A DNA stretch of 59,242 bases, the filler included, from Diploschistes diacapsis (Eukaryota): NCBI GenBank assembly GCA_023645945.1. It is 6 parts of 6 records of this genome, joined end to end, with 100 filler letters (N's around TTAATTAATTAA, not from the genome) between each part and the next. Parts side by side here need not be neighbours in the genome. Positions count along the whole stretch, not along the records: positions 9,926 to 19,720 come from JALAIB010000993.1; positions 19,821 to 29,607 come from JALAIB010000994.1; 4 more parts are not named here. The stretch is one strand, 5' to 3'. Positions within the stretch are counted from its first letter, which is position 1. Each line of letters opens with the position of its first letter. Below, piece by piece: positions 11,376-24,530 of this stretch. Position numbers and translations under genes: made by a program. The notes below the pieces were generated by a model that was not told the origin of the DNA, searched no databases, and saw nothing but the letters and a program-made list of their open reading frames with translations.

Positions 11376-13167
11376 CAGAACCAGGATCACTACTACCAGG
11401 ACTTGAACCGGAGCCCGATGAACCTGAACCGGAACCAGAACCAGAGCCAGGATCTGCCGGAAGGCCTTGCGAGGGTGTTGCTGCCCACGATTTCTGAGGC
11501 ACAGGGTTGAGCGAAGCAGCAGGTGAGGGGTTGAACATGCTCTGCGTTGGCTGGGTATCAGGTACGGGCTGGGGCGACGCAGGTGTGGGTGCTGGGTCGG
11601 GCGCCTGAGTCGTGATCCAGAGGGAGCCTTCAGGCGTCAGAGGTTGCGGCGGGTCCCACAGGTCGCAGCCGGGAAGCCAGCAGCTTGCGAACGCCGGATC
11701 GAGGGCCTGAATCTGCGTCAAAGGCGCAATGAACGGCTGGTAGCCGCAGGATCCGTCGTTCCAGCCGTTCCTGTAGAGAACGTCTGGAGGCGGACAGGGT
11801 AGGTCGTTGAAATCCAAGGCTCTGGTCGAACCCACCCGAAATTCCACGGTTGACAGTTCCCCGGGCAAAAAGCTATACCTGATGTTGCTGTACGAGCCAC
11901 CAACTCTACCGCACTCGCCTTTGCCTGCTGTAGCGTAAACACTTGCAAGTTCAACGTAGATGTAGGGCGAGGTATAAGTGAAACCATCAGACCCGACTGC
12001 GTAGTTTATCTGAGACCCGCCGTTTCCGTTGCTTACCGTAACTGCGGATTCGTCCGCAGCTCTGCCTATAATTGGTAGCTCAGAGTACTGTTGCGGAACG
12101 AGGTAACTCTCTGTGGAAGAGGTCATGCTTGTAGTGGTGGAAGTATCCCGAGGAGTCGAAGTGTGAGGGGTCGGGCTAGGGGTGGTTGACGAGCCTGGAA
12201 CATCCGTAGAAGAAGGCTGGCCCCCTCCATTCTGCTCCGTGGTTGTCGGGCCAAGCGGAGGGGTATAACTGGGCATAATCGGAGACGAAGAACTTGGGAT
12301 ATTTGTACTCGAACTTACGGCAGCCGAACTTGTTGAGATGGAAGCAGGCGAGATTGACGAGGTAGCCAGCGAACTTGATGGCGTAGCTGTCGAACTTGAG
12401 GATGGCGAAGTTGCAGTAGGTATATTTGAGAAGAACGTGCTGCCAGAGCATGACGCCAGGCAGGCCGTGTTGGGGGTTCCTGAAGGCCAATATCTGATCG
12501 CTGGCCGGAATATGGGCAAGCTGCAGACACCGCAACATCCTGCCAGGGCATCTTGGGTTGGATAAGCGGCAGGATCGGTGAAGGTTGTGGTAGTGGGCCC
12601 GGTTAGGGTAAAGGTGAAAGTAGGGTGAGTGATGACTCCAACCGAATTGGTGTATGAATCTTGTCCCGTAACCACGCTCGTTGCCACGCTTCCAGGAGGT
12701 GCAGTCATTATGAAGACTCCCACAGAGGCAAAATTCGTAAGTACAGAGGTGTTGTGGGCGCTATAATAGGACATGGCGTTCGAAGTACACTGTGACGAGT
12801 TCCGGTAGGGTATGCCGGTGACATTAGGTGTGAAAAATGGAATGGAGGCGGAGAAGACGGTGGAGACATTGCTGGACCACGCCGTGGCGTTTGGCCACGA
12901 TAACGTCTGGGTTGCTGTGACGGAAGTATTGACGGTAAAAGGCGCCGACGATGTCACGGATACGTTTGCACCTGAGGGGTAAGACGATATTGTCGAGGAT
13001 GCTGATATGTTTAGACTGGGTCGGGAGGTGCTTGGCCAGGCTGTACTCGACAGGCTGTTACTGGTAGACCATGTTGTCGAGGAGGACGGACTGGTGCTGC
13101 CAGATGTTGTTGTCGTCGAAGAGTCATTCAAGCTCGTAGAGGCGTTCCCATATGAAAAGGCTGTCAA
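9926..13167 (-). CDS. Large Ser/Thr/Pro/Gly-rich mucin-like cell-wall protein with a Cys-containing central domain and repeated GQTLTPGG modules (start uncertain, C-terminus at contig end)
   Basis: ORF of more than 1070 aa. S/T-rich N-part with many NxS/T sites. Cys domain [10 protein letters not shown]...LPCPP...DPAFASC...DPP. (GS)n linker and several '[20 protein letters not shown]' repeats. GPI-signal-like end. Confidence 0.8.
11255..11452 (-). repeat. Coding (TCTGGC)n hexamer repeat encoding (Gly-Ser)n
   Basis: Tandem ccagag/ccagaa units on the + strand inside the mucin-like ORF. Confidence 0.9.
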
Positions 13168-16134
13168 CAGGTCAATTCATTATCAAGCAAGCTCTCGGCT
13201 AGAAGAACAAACCTTCAGAAGGATTACAGAGAATGGCCGCGAGAAGCCATGGCAGGCTTGACACAAGAGAAGCGTGCATCTTGTGTGGTCTTCAGAGTCT
13301 TGTGACGGACGTCCGGGTAAACAATGAGCGACAAAGTTCAGGGCTTCAACGCAAGACACGGCAACTTCACGTAAAACGGTCATGACAGACAGCACAGCGA
13401 TCAAAGAAGTATGAAAGGTCAAGCAACATGTGGTTATAATAGAAATCTGCTCTACCACTGGCAGTGACATCCTGACGTGTGCGGACAGCAGGTGGGCCTA
13501 CACCTTCTTCCAACGGACTGGGCAAAAGAACGTTCAGCAGCGCGGTCAAAATTGCTGAAACCAGACTTCAATCTTCAGCCCATCTCCACACTCGATGCAA
13601 CGGCAGACGGCGATTGGGCTTGGGCGCGCAGAGTCCACATTGTCTTCGACCAGATATCCGTAAAAACTTTGGTCTGTAAGATTGAGGCTGAGGCACCAAA
13701 GTCTTGATGGAAGTTGCTAGTTCAGCCTTAGACAAGCTTAACAGGCACAGGAACAGGCACAGGAACAGGCACAGGCATAGGCACAGGCATAGTCACAAGT
13801 CACAGCCATCAAAGCTCAATCTCGCCAGAACCTTCTTTTTTAGTCCATGGAGTAAGGACTCCGAGAGGAAGGAAGACTAAGAGATGTTTCTGTTTCTCTG
13901 TTTCTCGTAACATCACGAAAACCAAATGAGGATGCAAGGTAGAGTCTGACCACCGTCAGCCCGTCAGCAAAAGTCGGCACGGCACGATACATGATTGGAA
14001 TGGCCAGGGAAAAAACCCGTGCTCTGTCAGCGTCGGATTTTGACTTGCAAGCCCTATGGATTCAGTCCACGCTCTATAATGTCCCAGGGCTATGCGAGAC
14101 AGGCCACCACCATCTTTTTCAGCCTAGAACATGTTCGTCTGTTCTACGGCGCGAGGCGAGGAGTGGATGCATGGCTTGCCTCTCCCTCATTATCTTCCGC
14201 CGCGGATCTTAGTATGCACGTGGTCTCCTTGCTTAATTGTTTCTCCTTCCTTGGTTTCCACGCCCTCGGGGCTACTTGCTCAATGCGGGCGGGAAACGCT
14301 ATTTGCGACAGTAGGAGGAATAGTTGTCGTTTGGTATAATTGAAGCAGTAAGCCAAGACGGGTGTTTATTTCATCCTCGTTGTCGTTCAACTGTTAGATC
14401 TCCTGCTCCAGCAGCCTAAATAGGTTAGCGCCCGCTGCCGATGTTCACTCTCCGATATTTTTTATTATCGATACTTTAGATCTTTATTAATAGAAGCATT
14501 TTTTCAATTTTTTTTATTAACTTTTTTTGTTTCAATATTTTTTCAAAGTAATCAAATTCTAATAATTACAATCTTTCCTTCATGTATTTTCTCCATAAAT
14601 GTTCTTTGAATCGAATTATCTAGTCAGTTATGCAGCAGCAGCCTAAGCGTTCAGGGGTTCAAGGGTCAACCCTTATAGGGCTGATCTGGAGTGTTTATAC
14701 TCTGCCCATCCCCCCCAGATAGTTTCTTCTCTAGCTTTTCGAATATTGCAGCGCAGCCCTTGGGCACTGGAACAGGGGTACGGAGTACATACCAGGCACA
14801 ATACTGCTGAGGAGAGAACTAAGTGGGAGCACCACAATATGAATTATAACTTCAGCGGCTTTGGATGGCTCTGAACTGATCGAATCTCCAGCAGTGCCAT
14901 TTGTCCATCTGGGACTTTTTTCTGCAGAAGTTACGTGTTATATCCTCTACGGGGTCGTCGCCAATCGAGGAGTAGATTGCTAGAAAGCAATTTCTCAGGA
15001 ATCAACTTCAATTTCCACCCCCCGCATAAAGGCACATGGAAAGATATATGAATGATTGATATATCTGTAACAAAACATACGGTTGTGATAGGAGTATAGA
15101 TTGGATAAAAGCGTTTCCTTTTACCCCCCTTTTTGCTTTAGCCCGCCCTGGGGACAACACCTTCACTTTGCAGAATCATTATTTATGTACAACCAACCCA
15201 CCCTCCAAAACCATTGTTCCATTGTCTATTGTATACGACATCTCTCTCTCTTCAGCAGCCAGAGAATGCTCGTGTAGCCATAGCCCATCTTGCTCGGCAA
15301 ATTAGTCTATAGAATCTTGCTTCAGACCCTCCTCGACCGAAACAGAAACATCGGGAAGGGTTACCATTCGAGAACCAAAAGAAGCTACCTACTTTGTAAC
15401 CGACTAAAACCAAAGGTACCACGCTACTCAAGCCAAAAGTCAGCCCTTCAAACTCCGCAGCCACAATATGCTAAAAATCCAACTGCAATATCGCATATTG
15501 GACTTGCTGCTATTGCCTGATATCAAGCTTCTTCTGGGTGCATGGCACTGTGTGCCGAAACTGCAAATCATCAGTGCTGCCGACGAAGCAGTCCGAAGCT
15601 CCGTTGATTGAATGATTGCCCACCAAAGCCAGAGAGGTAAGTCCATTTTGCGAAGCAATCTGATTGAAAAGAGGTGGAGGAGGTGAACGGAAGAGGCAAG
15701 GTAAGAGCTTGGTAGACATGGGCTGGGCGTAGCTATAGAATTCAAAAATGAAAAAAGAAGGGAGAAGAGAGTGTAGCGTCAAATGTAGTTTGTTGTTTCT
15801 TTGGAAAGGTATCTGAAGTGTTGGCATATTTTACACTAAGTAAGTTACGCGCTCGACCATTGCTTTCAGTTTTTCATGCTCAAGTGACTTCGGTCGTCTT
15901 GCTTCATTAGGGGAGTGATCGTATGCCGAGAACGTCGTAGTGGTTGTAAAGCTTGTGCTGCGGGAGTAGGAACATCAGTTGCTGGGAATGAAATGATGGG
16001 AGTGATTCCATCATCAAGCTGGTATTAAGCAGGCGTGATAGTCAAGGGGAAACGGTGTTGACGGGGTGGGTCGATGAGCTGGAACCCTTGGGTATGGAGA
16101 CTTTGAAGCTCTATCTCGCCGGCTGTCATATGCT

Positions 16135-17303
16135 TCAAGGTTCCAGTGGGAATTCGCTCGGCTCGTGCCTATCTGACCACTCAGTGGTCTCAGCACCGGC
16201 TCCGGCGATATCAGTCCTCATACCGGTCAGTGTTGCGCTAGGGATCTGCGGCAAGTTATGAGTATTGCTTTTGGGCAAGTCATCCATATTCCAGTATTTC
16301 CGCGCCAGCTTGAACCTCCATAGCCTAGAGACCTCATGTCGTGCGGGAGAGTTGTTCGATGAGGTCGCAACGAAATATGAGCGAAACGCAGACATGGAAA
16401 CCATGATTACAGCTATGTTGCATTCTTGCTGTTGCCAGAAACAGCCCCAGACATTGTCTGCCACGTCCCCGTTGAGTTTGATGCCAGTGATCTTAATCAC
16501 AGGTACAATGGCCATGACAAGAAAGAGGCAGAGAGATAACCCCAAGCCAATCTTCTGTCGAAGCTTGAGGTGGACCCTCGAAAGGAGCATGATAGGGATT
16601 GAAATCAGCAAGATATCGCTTGCGATATCCATTGCCACTGCAATGGCAGTATCACGAAGGACGGTGTATGTAGCATCAGGCCCTGAGCATACTGGCAGAA
16701 AGGAACAGTCAGCCATGCTACCAATAGGCACAACAGCACTTACTGATGATTCCATATATGTTGGTATAAGGGCAGGTGAACCAGCTAGCTGCAAGGGAAA
16801 CGAGGCCGGCCAGAAGTGTGAAGACAACCACAAAATACCACCAAATTCTCAGATCTCGGACACGGTAAACCAGCCGTCGGAAGAAGAACAGGAAGGCAAG
16901 CTTGACTTGAAAGATAACAAACCAGTTGATGGTGTTCAGAGCCTCCTCTTCTTTGATAGTGCGCAGAATGTCATTGACGACACCCAGCAGCAAGGTCGGA
17001 TCAACACCATTAAATATCACTGCAAGTAAATCGTACCGGTGTTGCAAGCTCGCAAAATACAAGCCTGTGACGGCTATTAGACAAATAACGGCGAACAGAA
17101 GGATGATGTCGTCGGCCAGTAATTTCTTCAGTATTCGGGCACGGATATAAGTACGAGTTGCATAAGTAATAATGGCAATGCTGAATAAGGTAGCAGTAAC
17201 CCCCTAAAGAGATCATAAGTTTAAACCAGCTGAGAGCAAACAAGTTTGATACCATATTGGCAGCTTCGGCAATGCGTGGCTGGGATAATATGTGCTCAGA
17301 CAT
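16135..17303 (-). CDS. PTH11-like (fungal rhodopsin-family) 7TM integral membrane protein, 3 exons
   Basis: RTYIRARI...ADD, VKLAFLFFFRRL, DIASDILLISIPI.LL....L..RQKIGL and ECNIAVIMVS motifs. Introns at about 17203-17252 and 16693-16744. Confidence 0.8.
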
Positions 17304-17698
17304 GATGAAAACTTGGCGAAATAACACGACGGACTTGAAATCGGTAGGCAAGACTAAAGAGGAGACTGAAAAGAGGACTGGGCAACAGGAAAGCAGAGAA
17401 AAGAAAAGGGGGGGTAAGACTGGCTTAAAGATTCTCTTTCTCTTTCTCTTTCTCTTAATTCGATGCAGTCCCCTGTGTGCTGTGCGATCTCATACGCACG
17501 CAGCAGAAGGCTTGATGCGCCGTGGAGATATTGATAGGTCGGGGTAATATTGCCCATCCTGCAATACTGAAAATAGGACGCGGAACAGCAAAGCGACATG
17601 GAGGCAGTCGGACACTTCTCTGTATAAAATAGCGGGAGGCGGGAGAGCGAGTTTGTAGTAAACAAGACAGCGGACGCAAGCCTCATCGGCCCACCTAC

Positions 17699-19220
17699 AA
17701 TGGCTCAATGGGTCATGGCTCTCCTACAAATTCTTCCACCTTCAGCTGCAACTATTTTGTTATGACTGGTGCTGCTGGATCGGCTCTACACTCCACGGCA
17801 ACCCGTCCCAGGGCCACCTCTGGCTCCCTGAGAAATCCCATATATCGGTATTACCGGGAAATAAGGTATCGTCCAAACGTAATTCATCGACGTCTAAAGG
17901 CGCTAATATATATCTTCAAATAGCGAGAGCTGCAAACACCCGATTTACGGCCTCAAACATGCTCAATGGCAAAGTCCACACCGTGACAGCTCCTGACTTG
18001 GTGACCACCGTTAACCGCAACTCGAAGATTTTGGCTCTCAAACCCTTTCATCGCCTAGATAGCGAAGCGGATGGCAGGCCATGACGAGGCCACAAGCCAG
18101 ATTGTTCAGCGCAACTTGATTGACGTGCACGATAGGATCGGATTTGCGCTATCCTCAGGACCAAATCTTGAGAACATGGTGCGGCCAATGCTTCGGGCAA
18201 TCTCTCCATTTCCGCTTCGCTCAGCGCTACCACCGGAGGTTGAGCTCTTTGCTTGCGCTCGGAGGATGATGACTGTGTGCAGCGTTACAACAATCCACGG
18301 TCTGCCGAATCCCTTCACTGAGCATCCTGATTACTGTGATCTATCCTGGTTAGTATCTACTTATCTTCCCCTATCAACTGGACAGGGACTTCAACCATGA
18401 CCTCAATATGCTGATGGTCGACGTGCTCCCAAGCATCGCGGCACCAAAAGGCGCAAAGGCTCGTTCTGTGCTAGGCAATGCATTTCGAAAGCAAGTTGAT
18501 GATTATGATCCAGATCGAACGCATAGCTCCGCCACACGTGAAATCAAAGTCGACTTAAAGTCGGCACCCTCCTTGACATTCTTGCCAACACCATCCCTAC
18601 AGCTTTGTACATGCTAGTCCATATCTACTCTGATAAGAAGCTGCTCCGGAGCATCCGTGACGAGCTGGAGCCCGCTCAGTTTCGATTCCGGAGAATGCGA
18701 CACAAACGCTGCACGTGCAGAATGTCCGCGAGAAATCACAGCTCATGTCATCAATATGGCAGGAGCTACTGAGAGTCCATGCGCGCGGCGTGAGTAGCCG
18801 TTTTGTCCTCGAAGATACCATCAAAAGATACCTGCTTAAGAAGTATATGGTCGTCCAGGTGCCAATGACAGCCATGCACACAGACCCTGCGCATTGGGGA
18901 AACGGTGCTCAGTCTCTCAACCTCGGGCGTTTTTTGAAGCAAGAAAATAGCCGTCAGGATATCAAAACCAGCGGAGCAGCCTATCGGCCGTTTGGTAAAG
19001 GCACATCAATGTGCCCGGGGAGGCATCTGGTGACTCTGGAGATCATAGCGTTGACGGCTTATCCGGTGCTGCAATTTGATACGACACCGTGCGATGGGCA
19101 ATTGGTCATATCGACGCGGAAGCAAGAGAACTTAGCGACCAATGTGTTTCCTCCGAGATAGTTCTACGTCGAGGCTTTGAAGGTGTACAAGTGGTAACTT
19201 CAATGCTTGGCGAACATTGA
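17699..19220 (+). pseudogene. Cytochrome P450 (CYP7/CYP8-like) pseudogene
   Basis: K-helix QELLRVH and heme motif PFGKGTSMCPGRH in ORF 18715-19161. Upstream P450-like fragments lie in several frames with stops. Confidence 0.8.
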
Positions 19221-19720
19221 GTAATCGGCGGACTGGCCCAGCAAAATCTCAAGTGTAGAAGAAGACAGGATTCCACGGATTCATACAAGGGATTTCAAAA
19301 TCACGCTATTAAAAAATAAATATCTACAGACAATCAAGGACAGTCCCTACTCGGGGTGATTTTCCGAAGTTGCACAGCTGTACAAGCTCCGTTCATCGTT
19401 TTGGGCTCTCCCGTTGCGACAAAAGTGCACTAGAACTAGAAGTAATCGGGAGAATCAAAATGGGGTGTTAATAAATGGATGTGTTGTCGGGAATAAATTG
19501 CTGTCGAACCAAGTATCTAGTTCAGTATCGCAAGCTCCAACACCTCCTCCTCACTCCAACCATTTAAACAATTCTCTCTATCGGGGGCAGCAGCCCAGCA
19601 GAAAGAATCCTCTCTCTTTTGCTTTCTTAAATCCCTTCCCGCCTTCTGGATTTCCCCGATCCCCGATCAAGATCGAAGCCGAGGACTCGATCCCCACCCC
19701 CCGTGTTGCACGTTTGGGTT

Positions 19721-19820
19721 NNNNNNNNNNNNNNNNNNNNNNNNNNNNNNNNNNNNNNNNNNNNTTAATTAATTAANNNNNNNNNNNNNNNNNNNNNNNN
19801 NNNNNNNNNNNNNNNNNNNN
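19721..19820. other. Artificial contig linker
   Basis: N44-TTAATTAATTAA-N44. Confidence 0.98.
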
Positions 19821-21882
19821 ATATAGTTTTTATGGCTATATAACTTACTTTATAAATCATTATAGGCACGATAATAATAAAATTATATTTCTTTTATATT
19901 TAATTTTATATAGTTTTACGTATTTTTATAAATAACATATATTTGTATACAAATTATATAAAGATCTAGGTACCTGGCAGAGCCACAGCGAGCTAGGCAG
20001 AATGCATCACTAGGGCGCCACCAAATATGTTACATAATTTTACAGTAGGCAGAATAGCACATACCCCCAGCAGCCCTACAACCCCCAGGATCTCATTAAA
20101 TCAGAGACTCTACACAAAGAGATCCAAGTTTCTCCTAAACGGCCTGATCTTAAAGTCATACTAGCGCATTTTATATTCAATGATCTGTCTCTGAATCTAT
20201 GCTCGTGAGAATGCTATTCGCTTTGGCTCCAGTCACAAATATCCCAGAACCGCATTCAAATCTGTTTTAACCTCTCAAGCTAAGGCTCAATCGATAAATC
20301 TTTACCATGAGCGGGAGTCTCAATCTTAAAAGATATAGCGTCTGGCGCTGACCAACCAGGCATAAGATGAGAAAAGGCGCTCCAAGAAAGACGATTAATG
20401 GTATAAGAGCGAATGACGAGGAATATTTTCAAGGCTATAGGAAATGAGGAAGCCGATAGAGGTAGGATAAACCGAGCTGGCTGGATGCATATTAGGCTAC
20501 CTAGCGATAAACGGATCTGCAGAGGAATAGGATGATGCCTAAAGAGCAAGCAGTGTACAAATACCTAGTCAAGGACAGGAGAGTAAGATGTTAGACACCG
20601 CGTTGACTGAAAACCACTGTACGGTCTTACTGCCTACAGCACGCAACAATGCTGTCAAAAACGGCATTTGAAATTTGCGCCAACCACAATACCTGCCGCC
20701 AATCGAGAAACACGAAGGTTTCTGGGGTACCTAATGATGGTGAGCACTCTGAACGACAGAACAAGCGAAGCTGTTAATGATACAAGAGATGACAAGAGAC
20801 ACCATCACCATCCATTCGAGAAAAGGAAGCAGCAGGCATGTTCACGATAGGCAACCATACTGGGAAACTCTTTTCCTTCTTCGCTCACTATCATTGGCCG
20901 GAGGCTGCATCCCCCCCCCCCAGAGTCTGAGATTGCCTTTTAACGAAGAGCTCGCTATCACCATATCGCCATAAATGACGACTCCTCGTTTTACGATACT
21001 GTTCTTAGCCTCAGGATCGCGAAAGGCAACGGGACACACGGGCCCGAACCAACCACGACAATAGTTGGTATGAATACTGGTACAACATTACCCCCTCCCA
21101 AGTTCAGAATGATTGGGTCGTAAATCCAGATGCATGTAGCAGGCAGCTTCGGATGTGGATGAACATCATGATCAGAGACTCCAAGCCATTGCAGATAGAG
21201 AGGTGGCTGAATTCCAGGCGGGAAAAGCTACAAGGCTCGGACCCGCAACCTTAGAGAGAAAGAAGATGTCTTACATAAGATGAGTCGTAGAGCTGGTGGA
21301 CTTCAGACAGAGGAGAGAACGCAGCAGGGACGCATAGGCTTGAAAAAAGAAACGGACTACCCATTGCCCGATAATGAAACCATTGTAATCTATACTTTGT
21401 GAAGCCGGAACATTTCACCGATTGAAGCACGTTGCAACACTGCAAGATTGACATTGACTATACTCCCGTCACCTACTCTAAGCTGAAGGATTGGATCTTT
21501 GAAAGGGAACAGACGGAGCAACGTACGACGCATTGCTGGAAGCACAGGGCTGCACAAGTCCGAAGTCTAAACAGCGCTTGGACCAGTTTTCATTTAATCA
21601 TCTTGAATTGGCCACTTATGTGCTGCTTGCTGGCTCCATCAAAGACCCAGAGGCCGACGGACCATTCCCAAATGGACACAATCGTTTGCACCAGACTAAG
21701 CTTATCTCTTTTCATTGCACTTGCCTTCAAGTCTCCCACATAGTATACTCCTTTCTCTCTCCCTCCTCAAGCATACCACGTTCAGTCCTTCTACTGAGCA
21801 GCTCCGCCAAGAATCGGAATCCCATTTTGATCAGGGGTTTCTCCGGAGATCGCTACGTCGGAGTCCGACAACAAAAGTCAAC

Positions 21883-22863
21883 ATGCCACTATGCGGTGGA
21901 AGCAAAACCGTGCAGCGCAAGCTCGTGCTGTTGTGAGTGCTGCATTATATTCAGGCGCACTATGTTGCTGACACAGGTTGCAGAGGAGACGGCGCTTGCG
22001 GTAAAACTTCGTTGCTCAATGTCTTCACTAGAGGGTAAGCTCTCATACCAAGATGGTAACCGGGTGGTGGATATGGTGAGCTAATGGAGCTATAGATATT
22101 TTCCTACAGTATAGTATGTCGTGAAAACAACACTTCGCGTACATATCACTGACAATTCTGCGCTACAGTGAACCAACAGTATTTGGTCAGTTAGCAGGAA
22201 CTCTTCGGCTCTTGCAACACTGACTTATTCCCAGAAAATTACGTCCACGGTGAACTCTAGCCATACAACAACCACAGCTCCTTTGCTGACCTTGACATAA
22301 GATATCTTCGTGGACAACGTGCATATAGAACTCTCGCTATGGGATACCGCCGGGCAAGAGGAGTTCGACCGCTTGCGTTCACTCTCCTATGATGACACAC
22401 ATACCATTATGCTCTGCTTCAGCGTAAGACACTAGGGAGCCAGTAGTCTGACGGTGCTCATAATGCTCAGGTCGATTCAAGGCAGTCGTTAGAAAACGTC
22501 GAGACCAAGTGGGTGAGCGAAATCGCAGACAATTGTGCAGGCGTTAAACTGGTGCTTGTTGCGCTCAAATGCGATCTGCGGGAGAGACATAATGAGAACG
22601 AGGAAGGCGAGATACACGAGCCAGGCTCGGAAAAGAGCTACATTGACTACGATACTGGCCTGGCCGTAGCCAAACGGATTCAAGCACTGCGATATCTAGG
22701 TGGGGTCTGTAATCGATGTGGCATGACTGAGCTAACTGCCTTTGAAGAATGCTCCGCTAAGCGCAACCGTGGCGTCAACGAGGCCTTCACAGAAGCCGCG
22801 CGGGTTGCATTATCAGTCAAGGGTCCGAGTACGTCCAGTGGATCTAAGTGCACATTGATGTGA
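21883..22863 (+). CDS. RHO3: Rho3 small GTPase, 8 exons including three microexons
   Basis: Spliced product [55 protein letters not shown]...[17 protein letters not shown]...ECSAK...CTLM (CAAX). Seven GT-AG introns reconstructed. Confidence 0.95.
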
Positions 22864-23171
22864 TCGACTTTTATAAAGCACTCGTTTTGCGGCATAATGA
22901 CATTGCGGCGTTGAGGGTCTTTAGTACCGTACAAGGGTCGAGATCAAGATTAACGAAGATGTGCGAACTATTGACAAGGATCTTTTCGTTGGCGCAAAGG
23001 GCGACGGCGCATTGTTATCGGGTTAAAACGCATTCGTCAATGCCTTACGATTGCATGTATTCTATGGGGATTGCTCTCAAGAGTAAATAGGGGTAGTTGG
23101 GAGAAAATTTGTGTTATGTACAACCATCGAAAACTCCGGTATCCGGGTCCATTTAACTCCCAGATCATCAT

Positions 23172-23718
23172 TCATTTTTCTTGCCGCTGGCTTAATATAA
23201 TAGGGTATCGATTTGCCCGGACAAGTGCTTGGTATGCTATGGGCGAAGAATTTGGTCGAGCTTCTGTCCTTATCACGCTTCCAATTGACATGAAGAACCT
23301 GCAAAATTAGCATATGATCTCGTCTTCCTCCAAACTCAGGCGTACCCAAATGTTGCCCCCGATCCCAGCATATATTGGCCTAAGGTCCTTAATGGCCCAT
23401 TTGTCCCTGCACCGAATCTCATAATGCTATAGCCACCTGCACGTTTCAACGAAGCTCCTCTCGTGCGAATGTCTTGTGCTCACTCACCATATATGAAGCC
23501 CATGATCAGCCCAACAGCTAGACAAGGGGTCAGCGATCCGTCCAAGCTTGATACAGGAGCAAGCTTACAGCCTCCCATCATGGCACCCATCTTCCCTAAA
23601 GGCAAAGTCAATACAGGTTCAGTTTTGGATGCGCTCTGACTGAACGGCCACACGTACACTTGTCGAATGTGGACGGCCCACGCATGCCGCCCTGGCTCGG
23701 CGCTGGCATTGGCGGCAT
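23172..23718 (-). CDS. MGR2: Mgr2/Romo1 TIM23-associated mitochondrial membrane protein, 5 exons
   Basis: Exons 23658-23718, 23569-23595, 23488-23517, 23346-23436 and 23172-23298 splice to ...GPSTFDKWKMGAMMGGSVGLIMGFIYGGYSIMRFGAGTNGPLRTLGQYMLGSGATFGFFMSIGSVIRTE... Confidence 0.92.
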
Positions 23719-24530
23719 ATTGAAGGTCCTTGTGGCAAATGTTAAAGACAAACTAATGAGGCAAATAATACCTAGTGCTAAACAGCTTGAGGATGAAGCT
23801 TGTCTAGGGGTTACGAGGGTTATCTCCGGTTGAACAGCACCACCCGAAAACGGTCACAGTCTTGGCAGAGGTACGTGTCACGTGCGCAATATCGTTGATG
23901 CAGTTTCAGATCCAGGGATCATGAGGGGCGGAAAAATACTGGTGGCAGAAGTATAGTATGATATGTGAACATTGTCAGTTACACAGGGGAGTTGAGAGCG
24001 CGAAAACAATCTCGTTGCTGTTCTGTGCAGACGCTGTTCATTTACTGGGCGCTAAGACTGAGGTCACATTATTACTGTACTGATCGGCACCTCTCCCGCT
24101 TCACCGGCCGACGAAAAAGACAATCCACCTCCTAAACTGAATTCAAATCAACCACATCAGCAGCACGCGGATTAGGTCGACGCTCGGTGTCAATCGGATC
24201 GCTGTCAAGTATACACTTTCCAAAGGCCAGTACCTGCCATTCGCCTGGCGCTGGCCTAGACTTTACACGCTAGAGGTCGTGTTGCTGTTCTCCGCACCTA
24301 CGTTACCGTCATCCTACAATCGCCTGATCTGACGTCCTACAAAGTTCAACTTCACCACTTCACTCGCTTCTTATTTACGTGAGACCTATGTGTGAGCCGG
24401 AAAGAGCCGAAGCACCTGTTTGAGTAGTCAATTGTTGGTGGTTGGCGAGCGTTCGTGGCTTACAAAAGAAAAGAAGCTTGCGGAAAGAGACTTGATTGAG
24501 ATAACAAGAATTACAACTGAAAAACTCCAG

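Noticed and set aside
16265..17029. 254-aa + strand ORF
   Set aside because: Antisense to the PTH11-like gene with no recognisable motifs.
20760..21700. Decayed coding-like sequence upstream of RHO3
   Set aside because: Fragments lie in several frames with no identifiable motif.
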